A DNA stretch of 63,940 nt, counting the filler. It is 10 parts of 10 records of this genome, joined end to end, with 100 filler letters (N's around TTAATTAATTAA, not from the genome) between each part and the next. Parts side by side here need not be neighbours in the genome. Positions count along the whole stretch, not along the records: positions 9,066 to 13,442 come from SRR15195285_2274; positions 13,543 to 17,144 come from SRR15195285_2275; positions 17,245 to 31,708 come from SRR15195285_2278; 7 more parts are not named here. One strand, 5' to 3'. A program made the position numbers and the translations under genes. A model generated the notes under the pieces. It was not told where the DNA came from, did not search any database, and saw only the letters and a program-made list of their open reading frames with translations. Positions within the stretch are counted from its first letter, which is position 1; each line of letters begins with the position of its first letter. Shown piece by piece: positions 12,001 through 23,200 of the stretch.

Positions 12001-13213
12001 TGGCCAAGTTCCATTCGCCCATGGTGAACTTAAAGCCCAGAAGGTGATGTTTGCGGTGTGTGGTGATTCGGAGGCGCGGAACGTGCAAGAGGTTGTGGAG
12101 GCGTCGTCCGTTGGAGACAAGGTTGCCGAGGTCGTCGCTAGGGCATTGAAAAAAGAACCCGAGGAGCGCTTCCAGTCAGCGGAGGAGATGCTCGCGGCTG
12201 TGATGGACGCAATGACCAGGCGTGGTTACGCGAAATACGATGCAATGATCTCCTACAGGAACAAGAGCGAGGCTGCTTTTGCTAGCGGATTGTTCACGCA
12301 GTTGTCGCGCAAGCAGATCGCTCTGGGCCCGAACGGAGGGTCTCGACGCATGCGAGTGTTCTTAGACCAAGAGAGACTCGAGGCTGGTGAACGATGGGAT
12401 CAGGGCTTCGTGCAGAAGGGGATTGCGAGCTCCACTGTGATGCTGCCGTTGGTCTCCGCTGGGGCATTGGCAGGGATGGCAGAGCTGTCGAAAGCAGACA
12501 AGATCGATTGGCTGTTGTTGGAGTGGGAGGTTGCACTGGCTCTGGAAGCGGCAGACCGGCTGGGCAAGATCTATCCGATTTTGCTTGGCAAGCAGGATTC
12601 TTCCAGTGGAATGCGCACTGACTTCTTTGGTGATGGCTCGGATTGTGGTGACGATGTGCCTGACAGCCCGTCGCGACTGACTTCGGATGAGGTGGCTAAG
12701 TTTTTGCAGCAGATCGACGCCAGCATCACACCACAGCGCCGAACGGTGCGTGACACACGGGACACGTTGCTGCGGTACCAGGCCTTCAATTTGGGTACGC
12801 AGAGTGGAACGCATGGTGGATCTGACGGCGCGGGAGGCAGACAGATGCCCGAGGATGAAGCGATAGCTGCCACGGTTGCGGATGTCACGCCTGTGGTGGA
12901 GGCGGCGGTATGCGAGGCGATGGCGCAAGCGGCTGCCGTAGCCGAGCCCAAGATATCTGCAGTGGCATTCGAGGGTCGAGTACAACAAGGCTCAGGTACA
13001 CCGCGGAGCCCACCCGTGCGAACAGCATCGGGCACGACGATGAAAGTTGTAATGGACGAAATCAAGGAACAGATGAACCTTGAGGAGCATTTGACATTGA
13101 AGGAGGTGGTTGCTGCGGCGTCGGACCAATTCGGTGTTGACACTGGGTCAGGCTCGCTCAAGGAGCAGTTGCGCGTAGTGGCAACGGAGCTAGGTATCGA
13201 GACAGGTTGGTAG
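9066..13213 (+). CDS. FYVE + LRR-like repeats + Ser/Thr kinase + TIR domain protein (5' partial; intron 11754-11895)
   Basis: FYVE: WVPD...RHHCRCCGRVMC...KVCSEC. Kinase: LGLGGSG, VAIK, HRDLKPSN, DFG, GTAHYMSRE. TIR: YDAMISYR...VFLDQERLEAGERW...DWLLLEW. Confidence 0.9.
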
Positions 13214-13883
13214 GTGGCGTAAAACAATGCACGCGTGCGCGTCACGCCCCTTCGGATACTTTCAACTCATCGCGCGATTTTGCAACACTGCTTTTGCATG
13301 AGTGCGCTGCGGGTGCGAAAAAACATGTTCGCAGCGCACTCATTTTTTTCTTCCTGGTGGGGGGTGCAGCGAGTACGCCCACGTTCTAGCGGGCACCGTG
13401 TCGATGATCCAGCTGTCGACATTGTCGCCAGACGCTGACGACNNNNNNNNNNNNNNNNNNNNNNNNNNNNNNNNNNNNNNNNNNNNTTAATTAATTAANN
13501 NNNNNNNNNNNNNNNNNNNNNNNNNNNNNNNNNNNNNNNNNNAGGCTGGGTTGGATTCTTGTGGAGTAAATACGTCTACAGGACTCATTGAGAAAAGAGA
13601 AGAGCCTTCGATTGTTATAAATATAATGCGGCGCATGGCACCGGCGTGCCGCCCGGCCGCGTGCCGTCGTCGCACTGGCTGCGCTGCCAGGAAGCTGGAA
13701 GGGGTGAGGGTGTCCCCGGGGCTGTGGGGGTGGCACTGGTACTGAGGGAAGCGTGGAGCTCGTGGTGTGGTGGTGTGAGGGGGTGCGGCGTGCGGCCAGA
13801 GTGCTTCTGTAGGCGGCAGCGGGCTTCTCGTGCGGTTGCTTCTCGGCCAGCGCCGACTGTGGTTGACTGGCTGCTGGCTGGCG

Positions 13884-15005
13884 ATGGGGAAGTACTCGAA
13901 GGACAAGCGCGATATATACTACCGCAAGGCGAAAGAGATTGGTTTCCGCGCGCGCTCAGCGTTCAAGCTGCTGCAAATCGACGAGGAGTTCCACATCTTC
14001 CACAGCGGTGTCAACCGCGTGGTCGACTTATGTGCCGCACCGGGCTCGTGGTCTCAGGTCGTCAGCCGCAAGCTGTTCTCAGGAGACCCCGTAGCGGACG
14101 CAGACAAGAAGGCTGTGGCCATCGACCTGCAGCAGATGGCGCCGATTGACCATATCGTCACGCTGCAAGGCGATATTACCTCTACGGAAACGGTCCAGGA
14201 AGTTCTGCGGCACTGCGAGGGCAAGCTTGTTGACCTGGTGATCTGCGACGGCGCACCTGACGTGACGGGCATGCACGACCTCGACGAGTTTATCCAGGCG
14301 CAGCTCATCCTCGCAGCGCTCAATATAACCACCCACCTGCTGCGGCCGGGCGGCGACTTCGTAGCCAAGATATTCCGTGGCAAGGATATCACCCTGCTCT
14401 ACTCTCAGCTCGACTGCTTTTTCGACAACGTCACCTGTGCCAAGCCACGATCCTCACGGAACTCTTCCGTTGAGGCATTTGTCGTGTGCCAGGGCTACAA
14501 TCCTCCGGCCGACTTCTCTCCGTCGTTGCTGGAGCCCTTGTTAGACAGCCAATATGACAGCGCCACTGCAGAACTGGGTGGCTCGAATGAGGTCGTGGTG
14601 CCGTTCGTGGCCTGTGGCGATCTGTCGGGCTTTGACGCGGACCAGTCATACCCGCTACAGCTCGAAGGAGAGGCACCCTACGAGCATCGGCCGCCCGTCG
14701 CTGCGCCGCTATCGGCATCGTATATCGATGCTGTCCGCAAGAAGCGCGGTGCAAATGCGGTGGGGGCTGGCGGTGTCGACGAAGGAGCGATACCGACGGT
14801 TGCGCCGACGGCGGCAGCGCAAGAGAGCTGGCGGCAGGGAGGCGGGAGCAGCGGCAGCAGCGAGAGTGCGGCGGCGGCAGATGCTGCTGCCAATCCGGGC
14901 GAGGGCATCATTAGCGAGCTCAATGAGAATAGCTGTGCGCTTGTGGCAGTAGGCATCGCGTCTGCTGTAGCGATAGCGGCGATGCTCGGCGGCAAGCGAA
15001 GATGA
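13884..15005 (+). CDS. FTSJ1: tRNA (cytidine32/guanosine34-2'-O)-methyltransferase Trm7/FTSJ1
   Basis: [73 protein letters not shown]. Confidence 0.95.
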   Translation: MGKYSKDKRDIYYRKAKEIGFRARSAFKLLQIDEEFHIFHSGVNRVVDLCAAPGSWSQVVSRKLFSGDPVADADKKAVAIDLQQMAPIDHIVTLQGDITSTETVQEVLRHCEGKLVDLVICDGAPDVTGMHDLDEFIQAQLILAALNITTHLLRPGGDFVAKIFRGKDITLLYSQLDCFFDNVTCAKPRSSRNSSVEAFVVCQGYNPPADFSPSLLEPLLDSQYDSATAELGGSNEVVVPFVACGDLSGFDADQSYPLQLEGEAPYEHRPPVAAPLSASYIDAVRKKRGANAVGAGGVDEGAIPTVAPTAAAQESWRQGGGSSGSSESAAAADAAANPGEGIISELNENSCALVAVGIASAVAIAAMLGGKRR

Positions 15006-15078
15006 CAATGACAGATGTCTCATCAACTACTGCTTCCACATGCCGTGTGGACCGGATACACCTCTCTCTCAGAACCTT

Positions 15079-16935
15079 TCAGACATCGTCGCCATCGATA
15101 TCGTCGTCGCTTTCCACCGCAGGGGCTGGTTCGCCGGCGCCGTCCGCAGCAGCGGCCTCAGCAGCAGCACACTCCGCCTCTGCCCGCGTCACAACTTCCT
15201 CCATGGTCGCCGTGCCCTCCTTCACCTGAGCATAGTACTCACGGTTTTTCGCCAAGCTCTCCACGCACGGCTCCAACCCAGTGAAGTAAGAAGCCATGTC
15301 CTTGTACATCGGTCCCACCACGAAATCACCAAAGCCAATCTGTGACTGTGCTTTCTGCACGTCGGTGGTAAGCTCGTCGCGCTCACACAGTGGCGACACC
15401 GGCATGCCAAGCTTCTTCTCCACGTCGCCTTGAGAGCAGAACTCTTCCATAATGTCGTATCCCCACTTCTTAGCGAGCGGGAACGGGCGAACTGGGTTGG
15501 ATAAGTCGGATGCATGCATGAGCAGGTCGAGCAATATGTCACGGTCTTCCGCAGAGGCTTGTCCGTCCTCACCCTTCTCGCCAAACTGACCTGCCTCCAC
15601 CTTGAGCTTGAACTTGTTGGTCACGTCGAAATGCTTCGTCATGTCCGTCGCCAGGATGATGTTGACAATTCGATTCCGGTTAGCCTTCTGCTGTTCTGCT
15701 GTCAGGTTCGCCATCAGGTTGCACTCTTCGCGAGCGAGGATTTTGAGTGTTGTTGAGCAGTGATGGTTCTCCATGATTGAAGTGTCGTTGTACAGCATAG
15801 CAAGGGGGCTCTGCGTGTTTTCGTGGAACGTGTTGTTCAGGCCGTTGTGGTCAACGTCGTGACCCACGCAGCACAGAAGCAACAAGAAGATATCCATGTT
15901 ATCCATAATCTCGCCAGCGTTGGTCTGGGTGATGAAAAAGTAGGCCATCTGCGTTACGTCGAAGGCATGGCGGAAGTTGTGATAGGTGACCCCATCCTCC
16001 ACAGATTTGTAGCCTTCGCGCATTGCCTCGACGAACGCAACGAAAGTCTCATCCGGAACCTTGAACTCCTCAAGCAAGCCAAACTTGTCGAATGCCGATT
16101 GGATCAGGCCTGTCAGCTCCTCTTCTGGGTGTCTGAACTGGTTGAACGTGAGAAGCGGCATATCGGCGGCGACCGGAGACAGCACGCGCGGAGAGGGTGG
16201 GCGCGCGGGGGTCTCTGCCACGACCTGAACTTCCTCTCTGGTGCTGACCTTAGGCGAGAACGTGTCCGCGATCCATCTGCGAGTATCCGTATCCACGTCG
16301 TCCTGAAAGCGAAACCCGGGTGTATAAAGATTCGCTGCGGTCATCTGTTTCAAAACCTTTGACAACGGCACGGCCACGGCGTAGTTCTCCTCCTCCTCTG
16401 CCGCGTGGATCAGCTTAATGATCTCCGCTGCAGCAGACTGCATCGGAGTCTGCAGCGTGGCCTCGATACCCGCCTGCATTTCCGTGCGCTGCCCCTGCCT
16501 GATCTCACGGATACTGTCTAGCATATCGCGGATCTTTTTCCTCTCCTGGTCCAGCTCGTTCTGCTGGCTCGCAAGGATGAGCTCCATGCCCTTCGTCACT
16601 CGACGCTCTGCCCCGTAGCGGGCCTTGAAGTCTGCGCCCTCCGCCTCGAGCCGGTCGCTCTCTGCAGTCACGTCGGTGATGCTCTTCTCTACGTTGCTGA
16701 TCTCTTCGGCCGAGAGGAGGATCGTATCTAAGATTTCTTTCAGGTCAGCATCACCACCTAGCTCGGCCACCAGCTCTGACATATCGTCCCCGACGATTTC
16801 TGACTCGCCCTGGTGGATTTCATCCAGGGATTTGTTGAGCTCCGCCAGGCGCTTGCGTAGCTTTTCTTTCTGCGAGGAGATTGTCGACAGGCTCTTGTCC
16901 GTATCCAGCTGGGTATCGGCGCCCTCTTCGGTAAT
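15079..16935 (-). CDS. Class I 3',5'-cyclic nucleotide phosphodiesterase with N-terminal coiled coil (last exon; upstream exon(s) unresolved)
   Basis: YHNFRHAFDV, HDVDHNGLNN, MENHH, LATDM, HASDLSNP, EFCSQGD. Likely acceptor cgcag at 16936. Confidence 0.92.
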   Translation of the reverse strand: MTEEGADTQLDTDKSLSTISSQKEKLRKRLAELNKSLDEIHQGESEIVGDDMSELVAELGGDADLKEILDTILLSAEEISNVEKSITDVTAESDRLEAEGADFKARYGAERRVTKGMELILASQQNELDQERKKIRDMLDSIREIRQGQRTEMQAGIEATLQTPMQSAAAEIIKLIHAAEEEENYAVAVPLSKVLKQMTAANLYTPGFRFQDDVDTDTRRWIADTFSPKVSTREEVQVVAETPARPPSPRVLSPVAADMPLLTFNQFRHPEEELTGLIQSAFDKFGLLEEFKVPDETFVAFVEAMREGYKSVEDGVTYHNFRHAFDVTQMAYFFITQTNAGEIMDNMDIFLLLLCCVGHDVDHNGLNNTFHENTQSPLAMLYNDTSIMENHHCSTTLKILAREECNLMANLTAEQQKANRNRIVNIILATDMTKHFDVTNKFKLKVEAGQFGEKGEDGQASAEDRDILLDLLMHASDLSNPVRPFPLAKKWGYDIMEEFCSQGDVEKKLGMPVSPLCERDELTTDVQKAQSQIGFGDFVVGPMYKDMASYFTGLEPCVESLAKNREYYAQVKEGTATMEEVVTRAEAECAAAEAAAADGAGEPAPAVESDDDIDGDDV

Positions 16936-17244
16936 CTGCGCAGGCACCAGGCAGCACCCGTCAGCAGGCCAACGCTCGTTCACCAAGTCAGGCACATTCA
17001 CAAGGACCGCGCGGGCTCTCGCACGCCGGGCCTCAACCCGCAAAAGCGACCTTGGGGTCGGCCGCACGGCACGTCCGGGGGAGAAGGCGGGGGGAGGGGG
17101 GGAGAAGGAGGGGCGGGGGGGGGGGGGCGGCGTAGCAGAATGGGNNNNNNNNNNNNNNNNNNNNNNNNNNNNNNNNNNNNNNNNNNNNTTAATTAATTAA
17201 NNNNNNNNNNNNNNNNNNNNNNNNNNNNNNNNNNNNNNNNNNNN

Positions 17245-20200
17245 GGTTGCGATTTCCACGTCACCGGTTGCAAGCTCTGGCGGTCCTTCGAGTGGTTTCG
17301 GTAATGGTTCCAGTGACTCAAGTTTCTCGGGCACGTACATGAACGCGTCAACTCGAGCACGATCGCCGTCCATGACTGCACACACCGAATCCAGGATGTG
17401 GCTGAGCCTCTCGCTGACGGTTGGCAGCTGCCGTAATTCTTTTTGTACACCACCGCTAGATCGTGATCTCTTACGCGATGCTCCTGGATTTGCGGCCTTG
17501 ATGGCTTTTTCATTGGCAGCATGAATCTTGGATATGGTCTTCTGTAGATCCTGAATAGTTTGGCTGACTGCAATTTGCAATGCGTCTGCATCCCGGGTAA
17601 CGACTCGGTCTTTGGGTAGGTTAACGTTTTGATCGAATTTTTTTGCGTTGTCGAACAGGAGTTCTAAATCTCGCTGCAGCAATCCAATGCCAGTGGCGTT
17701 GTAGCCAGGAATTGTTTCGGGTGGCTGGCGTTCGTGTGCATTGTACTTGTCCTGGTCGATCTTGTTTTTGATAGTGACAAGGTCGATCGGGTGCTCGATC
17801 AGGTCGTAGTACACGGAAGAAACATCTGCTTCCAATAGCTGTGTATCGTCCTCTGAACGAGCCTCCCAGACACGAAGCTGGCTGATAGCAAAGTCATACG
17901 TGAGCAGCCGGTCCTTTAAGTGGTTGTTCTCGCCCCCAGGCCAGATTGAGCGCGTGCGGCACGCCTTTTGCAGCTCGCGTTGCTTAAGCCTGTTCCAGTA
18001 AGCCTTGCGCTGTTCCCAGAATGCGATCTGGCTTTCCCGCGTCCACGTTCGGCATTCATTCTCGTCTGGCAGATCTTGATCTGCTATCATCGGTAGCTTT
18101 CCGGTAACCAGCTTATCTACAGTGCCACACACCAAGTTGTCGCCTGGGATTTTACGCGGCTCTGGGTAGGCTCCTACAGTGGCTGGGGGCATCTCGTGCC
18201 GTTCCGGGAGCTCCAGGAACAATTCGCAGCGCTGACGCGACCCATCTTTGGCACTTTGCACGGCATCGAGCACCGTCATCAACTGCTCTTTGAAGGAAGG
18301 TTTCGCTTGCAGAAGTTTTTTCGCGGTAGCCGGTGGGACAGGACTGGTCTTGGGCTCAATCTTTGACACCTGCTCTTTGTGTACAAGCTTTAGTTTTTTC
18401 AAGAGCTCCAGCGTGTCCGCAATGGTTTGCTTCATGACAGCTTGGAGCGCATCGGCATCAGCCGAATCCTGGCGCTCAGTTTCCGGGTGTGTGTAGGCGT
18501 CGAACTTCCGCGCGTTGTCGAAAAGAAGCATCATATCTTTCTCCATGGCAGACACAGAGTCGTACTCTTCAGAATCGACTTTTTGCTTGATCATTGACAT
18601 GTCGATCGGTAGCTTCACAACAGAATAGTACAATCGTCCGATGTCCGGTTCTTCAGATGAATAAGATGGCTCTACTGGCTCGGCTCTCTTTGGCAGGTGC
18701 TGAAACTGTGCCGAACGCAGGCGTTCACCATCCTTGAGCTCATTCACCATGTTGAAGACACGGAGAAGCTGCTCCTTAAGTGGTGGCAGCATTATCTTCG
18801 GGGCTTTGCTACTCGCCTTGCTAGCAGCAATCTCTTGCTTCCGTTCTTTTAGTAACTGCCGGTAATTTTTCCACCTTTTGATGATGTCTCTAGAATTTGG
18901 CCCATCAAACCAGGGAGAGTACACAACTCCGAACTGTTTCCAAGTAAGACCGGGCTCAAGCTTTTCAACTTCTGGCATAGGCCCCAAGACAGCGAGGCGT
19001 TCCGCTTGGTCAAGCTTTGCGTTGTGTCGCTCCACGAGTTTGTTGTAGTTCTCAAGCCGCCGCATGTCGGTGGTGAAAGCCCGCTGGGAAGCCTCGAATT
19101 GTTGTACGAGACTTTCAATGTAAGGAAAATGTACACCGAAGAGCCCATTATACGTCTCCCCAATCCATATCATGTGCTTGAAGTCTTGCTCGAAGCTCGC
19201 GAACGATTTATACTCTTTGTCAGCCAGTTTCCTCTGCATGATCTGAACGGCCATCGGATTATTTGTCACCTCGTGGTACTGAGCTGCAAAGATTATCTCC
19301 TGCTCTTGGGCTTCTGTTCGTGTTTCGCACGGCAACAAGAGGCTGCGCGCAAAGTCATATCGTAGCAGCCGATCTTTGATATACGGTGCATCGCCACCTG
19401 GCCAAATCTCTCGCTTTCTGCACTCGCGCTGCAAATCGCGAAGCTTCATCCTGTTCCAGTGTGCTCGTCGCTGCGCCCAAAAGGCAACCTGGCTGGCTTC
19501 ATTCCATGAGCGTAGCGTTGATTCACTAGGCAAGCCCTTGGCCGCCATGTTGGGAAGCTTTCCACCAGTAAGCTTGTCAACGTCTCCGGCCGCAACTACC
19601 GGGGGGTCCGTCAAGGGTTGTGGGAACGCAGGCATGTCCGTCACAGGCTCTTTCTTGAGGGGCACCTTCATAAACGCGGCCACTAGTCGAATGCCATGCT
19701 GTTGGGCTTCACATAAGTCCTCCAGCACCCGCTCGATATGCTCCGCCTCCGTCGGAACCGGCCGCAGCTCACGCCGCTCGCCTGCATCGGTAGTCACTTC
19801 ATCAATGGAAAACGTAGAGCGTCGCTTCACTGGGGCTGGAGCTTGCTTGAAGACTCCTGGCGTCTCTTGCAGCTTATAGGGCTGATCTTGTTCAATGAGT
19901 GTAAATGATTCCCAGAACACGTTCTGCAATATCTCGATATCCTTGTATTGCTCTGTGTCGCGACCGTAGTACGCCCGGCAGTTCTCGATCAGCATGGTCA
20001 CGTCTTCCTCAAATTCTTCGATCCTTTTGTATTTCTCGTTGACAATCCTCTTGCGAATTGTCTCCAAGTGAATCGGCCTCTTGATATGCTCATAATAGTC
20101 ACGTGCCGAAGCCCTGGACGGGAGCTTCATAAACTGCTTTGCCCGCGGCCGGTAATACCCATCTGCGACGCTTGTTAGAGCATCCCACACCTTGTGCATG

Positions 20201-23200
20201 CGTTCATGCAACGCAGAGCTCAGTGTCTCGCGCGGTGAATCGTTCTTCAGCTTCTTGATTGCGCTCAGCCCAGGATCCGGTGGACTGGTGGTGTCCTCCG
20301 ACGTGGGAGCCGTAGCCTCTGATTGCTTGATGATTGCTGCATCTAAGAGGCGGCGCAACATGCCTGACTTGATGTCCTCACTTGCTAGACGTTCTTCTTC
20401 TTTGGTTTTCGGATAATAGAAGAGCACGTCCGCATCACTGATCTCTTTTACAACCGCTGGGTACCAGACATTGTCGTCTTCAATCTCTAGCTGCATGCCA
20501 TCCCGTAGATCACTGAATGACAGTTTGGCATGTCGCGAAGGCTTGGGTTTCGCAGGAGGCGGAGCCTTCGGGGCAATCTGTGGGGGCATCCGAAACCGCC
20601 TGCCAGTAACCATATCTTCGGCGTAGCCTAACGGGAGTTGAGACTCCGGTGGCCCGTATAAAGTTGGGTTGTCTGTCTCGACTGCTCGGATGATTGTGTC
20701 AATTAAAGAACGAACGAGGCCAAACATCCGACGGTCAACAGCATTGTCCCCAGAAGCTGCGTCACGCCTGCGCAGCTCGTGCGACATGTGACTCAGTGCT
20801 GGCGCATTTAGGCCGGTTTCAAGCACCGTAACATTCAACAACACCGCCGAGATAGAGATGTCTGCAGCCTGTAGCATGTTCTCTCTCCACACTTGACAGT
20901 TCGTTTTGGTGGGCAGCACTTCCGACTTAAACTTGACGGAAGCCGGCGGCCGGCCGGGGCCGGCTGGGCGCTCAGGTTCTGGCTGTTCTTCACTTTGTCC
21001 TGAAGAGTCGTAGTTCGTGTACCCGTCCATGGCCACGCACCCACCGCGACGAGCCAGACGTAAAAGGGCTTTCCGTTGCCCTGGACCTAGAGCAAATCGA
21101 TCAGTCTGTGCTATGTGCTTAGTGCGGAAACACCAATCGTAATGCTCTATGTAATAGTCACGATCTGCCTCAGAACGCGCCTCAAACAGATTGTGAGGCT
21201 GAAAGTGCACTACAGATCGACGATGTTTCTTTTTGGTCCCGTCGAGGCGCCGTGCATTTTGCTGCTGGAAAAACTGCAGGTCCAGATCACTGTACGATAC
21301 ATCTTTCACTGTCCTTTCATCATCGAACTTGATATCAACGCATTTTCGTCGTGGAAACTTCTTGTGCACAATGCCTTCAAACCACTGAAGTCCTGAGTCC
21401 TCTGTCCTGAATCGCATGCGCACGCGAGCTCCAATCTGCACGGTCTTTGGAGTATCCACCCAGACTTTAAAGTAGAAGCCCACTAGCACTGGCTCTCGGC
21501 CGGGAGGTTTGAAGTACTCCACCATCGGAATGTCGGTACGCATGATAGCTGACGTGTCGCCAAACAACCTGTCGTGCATCTCTCCGTCTTCCCGCTCCTT
21601 ATTTTGTCGTGCGATGCGCGCCTCCTCGTCCCCTTCGATATCAGCTTGACGTTTTTGGCGACGGGCAGCTTCAAAGGCGGGGGGGTCAGTAAGCAGCTCG
21701 CCTGGCTGAAGCCACGACTTACTGTTCCATGCGTGACTCTCGCCGCTTGCTACAAGCTGGCCCTGCGCCAATGTACGCGCTTGCAGCACCTCAAGTGCGG
21801 ACGGTTTCGATTTGCCGTAGTATAGCACTAATGCTGGCTCCACACGTTTCTCCGTCCGACGTACCGTATCACGATAGTGACTCAGCATTGACGTGTTGAA
21901 GTAGTTGTCTTCATCCAGTATCTCCGGTGTATCCGCTGCTTCCACTGCACGCATCTCACCAGCACCCAGGTAGAAGTCACTAGCCCGTAGTGTTTTTCTG
22001 TGCTGCCCTGGGTGACCTTGCGGTTTGCCGCTACCAGCAACACATAGAGGACATTCCATGAATCCGCTTTCGTTTCTTGCACTAGTGAACGCTTGAAGCT
22101 GTTGCTTAGTGGCCCTGGGACATCCCCAGATTGACCGATGCGAAGTGAATTCTGGTAGTTTGTGGCCATCTCCATTGCAGCCTGGTGTGGGACAAACTTC
22201 GCCAGACGCGCCACGGCGTACAATCGCACTGCTCATGCCTGCAGCGACAGGGCCTCTGCTATGGCCAACGGGATTTGACTGGAGCTCGTCAGCATCAGAA
22301 ATGTCATAACCCTCTGCGACAAGCATCGCCCTGAACTTTGCAGCGAGAACATCATTCCGCTGGCCTGAGTACAGACCACGTAGCCAGTTCGAAACATCGC
22401 ATTGTGCAACACCTGCACGCTGGCCGACGATTGCTTGACTCTCTTGACGATCCGCTATATAGCGTCGCAGTGTGCTGCGAGTCTCTTGGAAATAAATTGA
22501 CCTATCAGCACCTAAGGCCTCTGAGAACCCTCTCTCTGCCACTGTAGTGACGTTCGCGACGTCATAAAACTCCACTAAGCTTGGCTCCTGCCGCATTTTT
22601 GTCGCGCCTGGGTTGGGCTTCCATCCTCGCCACCGAGTATTGCGGCAGTGGCGAAGCACTTCTCGCATACTCTTGAAAAAGTCAACTCCACGCAATTCAC
22701 GCTCGCCCTTCGGCAAATAAAATGTTTTTCCACGGGTGCCACTGTCATGTCTTTGTCCTGCCGCGCTGTCGTCCGCTGCTGGGTCGGGTGCAGCGGCCTG
22801 CTCTTCTGCCGTGTCCGTGGCGTCAGGCTCAGCTGCGTCATCCATGGCCGGCTCCACCGCCATGGGTTCCGCTGCATCCGCGTCCGTGGCGTCAGGCTCA
22901 GCTGCGTCCTCCGTCACCGGCTCCACTGCCATGGGTTCCGCTGCGTCAACGTCCGTGGCGTCAGGATCAGCTGCGTCCTCCGTCACCGGCTTCGCCGCCA
23001 ATGGTTTCGCCGTTGGCTCTGCCGCGGCCTGGGCTCCGTCTTCCGCCGTAGTCACCACGTCATCTTCCTTGCGATGTACACTAGCGGCGGCCTGCTCCCT
23101 TGCTGTGTCCACGTCCGTGGCAGGCTCAGCTGTGTCCTCCGTCGCCGGGTCCACCGCCATGGGGGCGGGGGGCGGGGCCAGGTTTGGCAGGTGGCCGCGT

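Noticed and set aside
3-13213. PARP, HECT and kinase-TIR genes as a clustered defence island
   Set aside because: They lie on three different contigs separated by artificial linkers.
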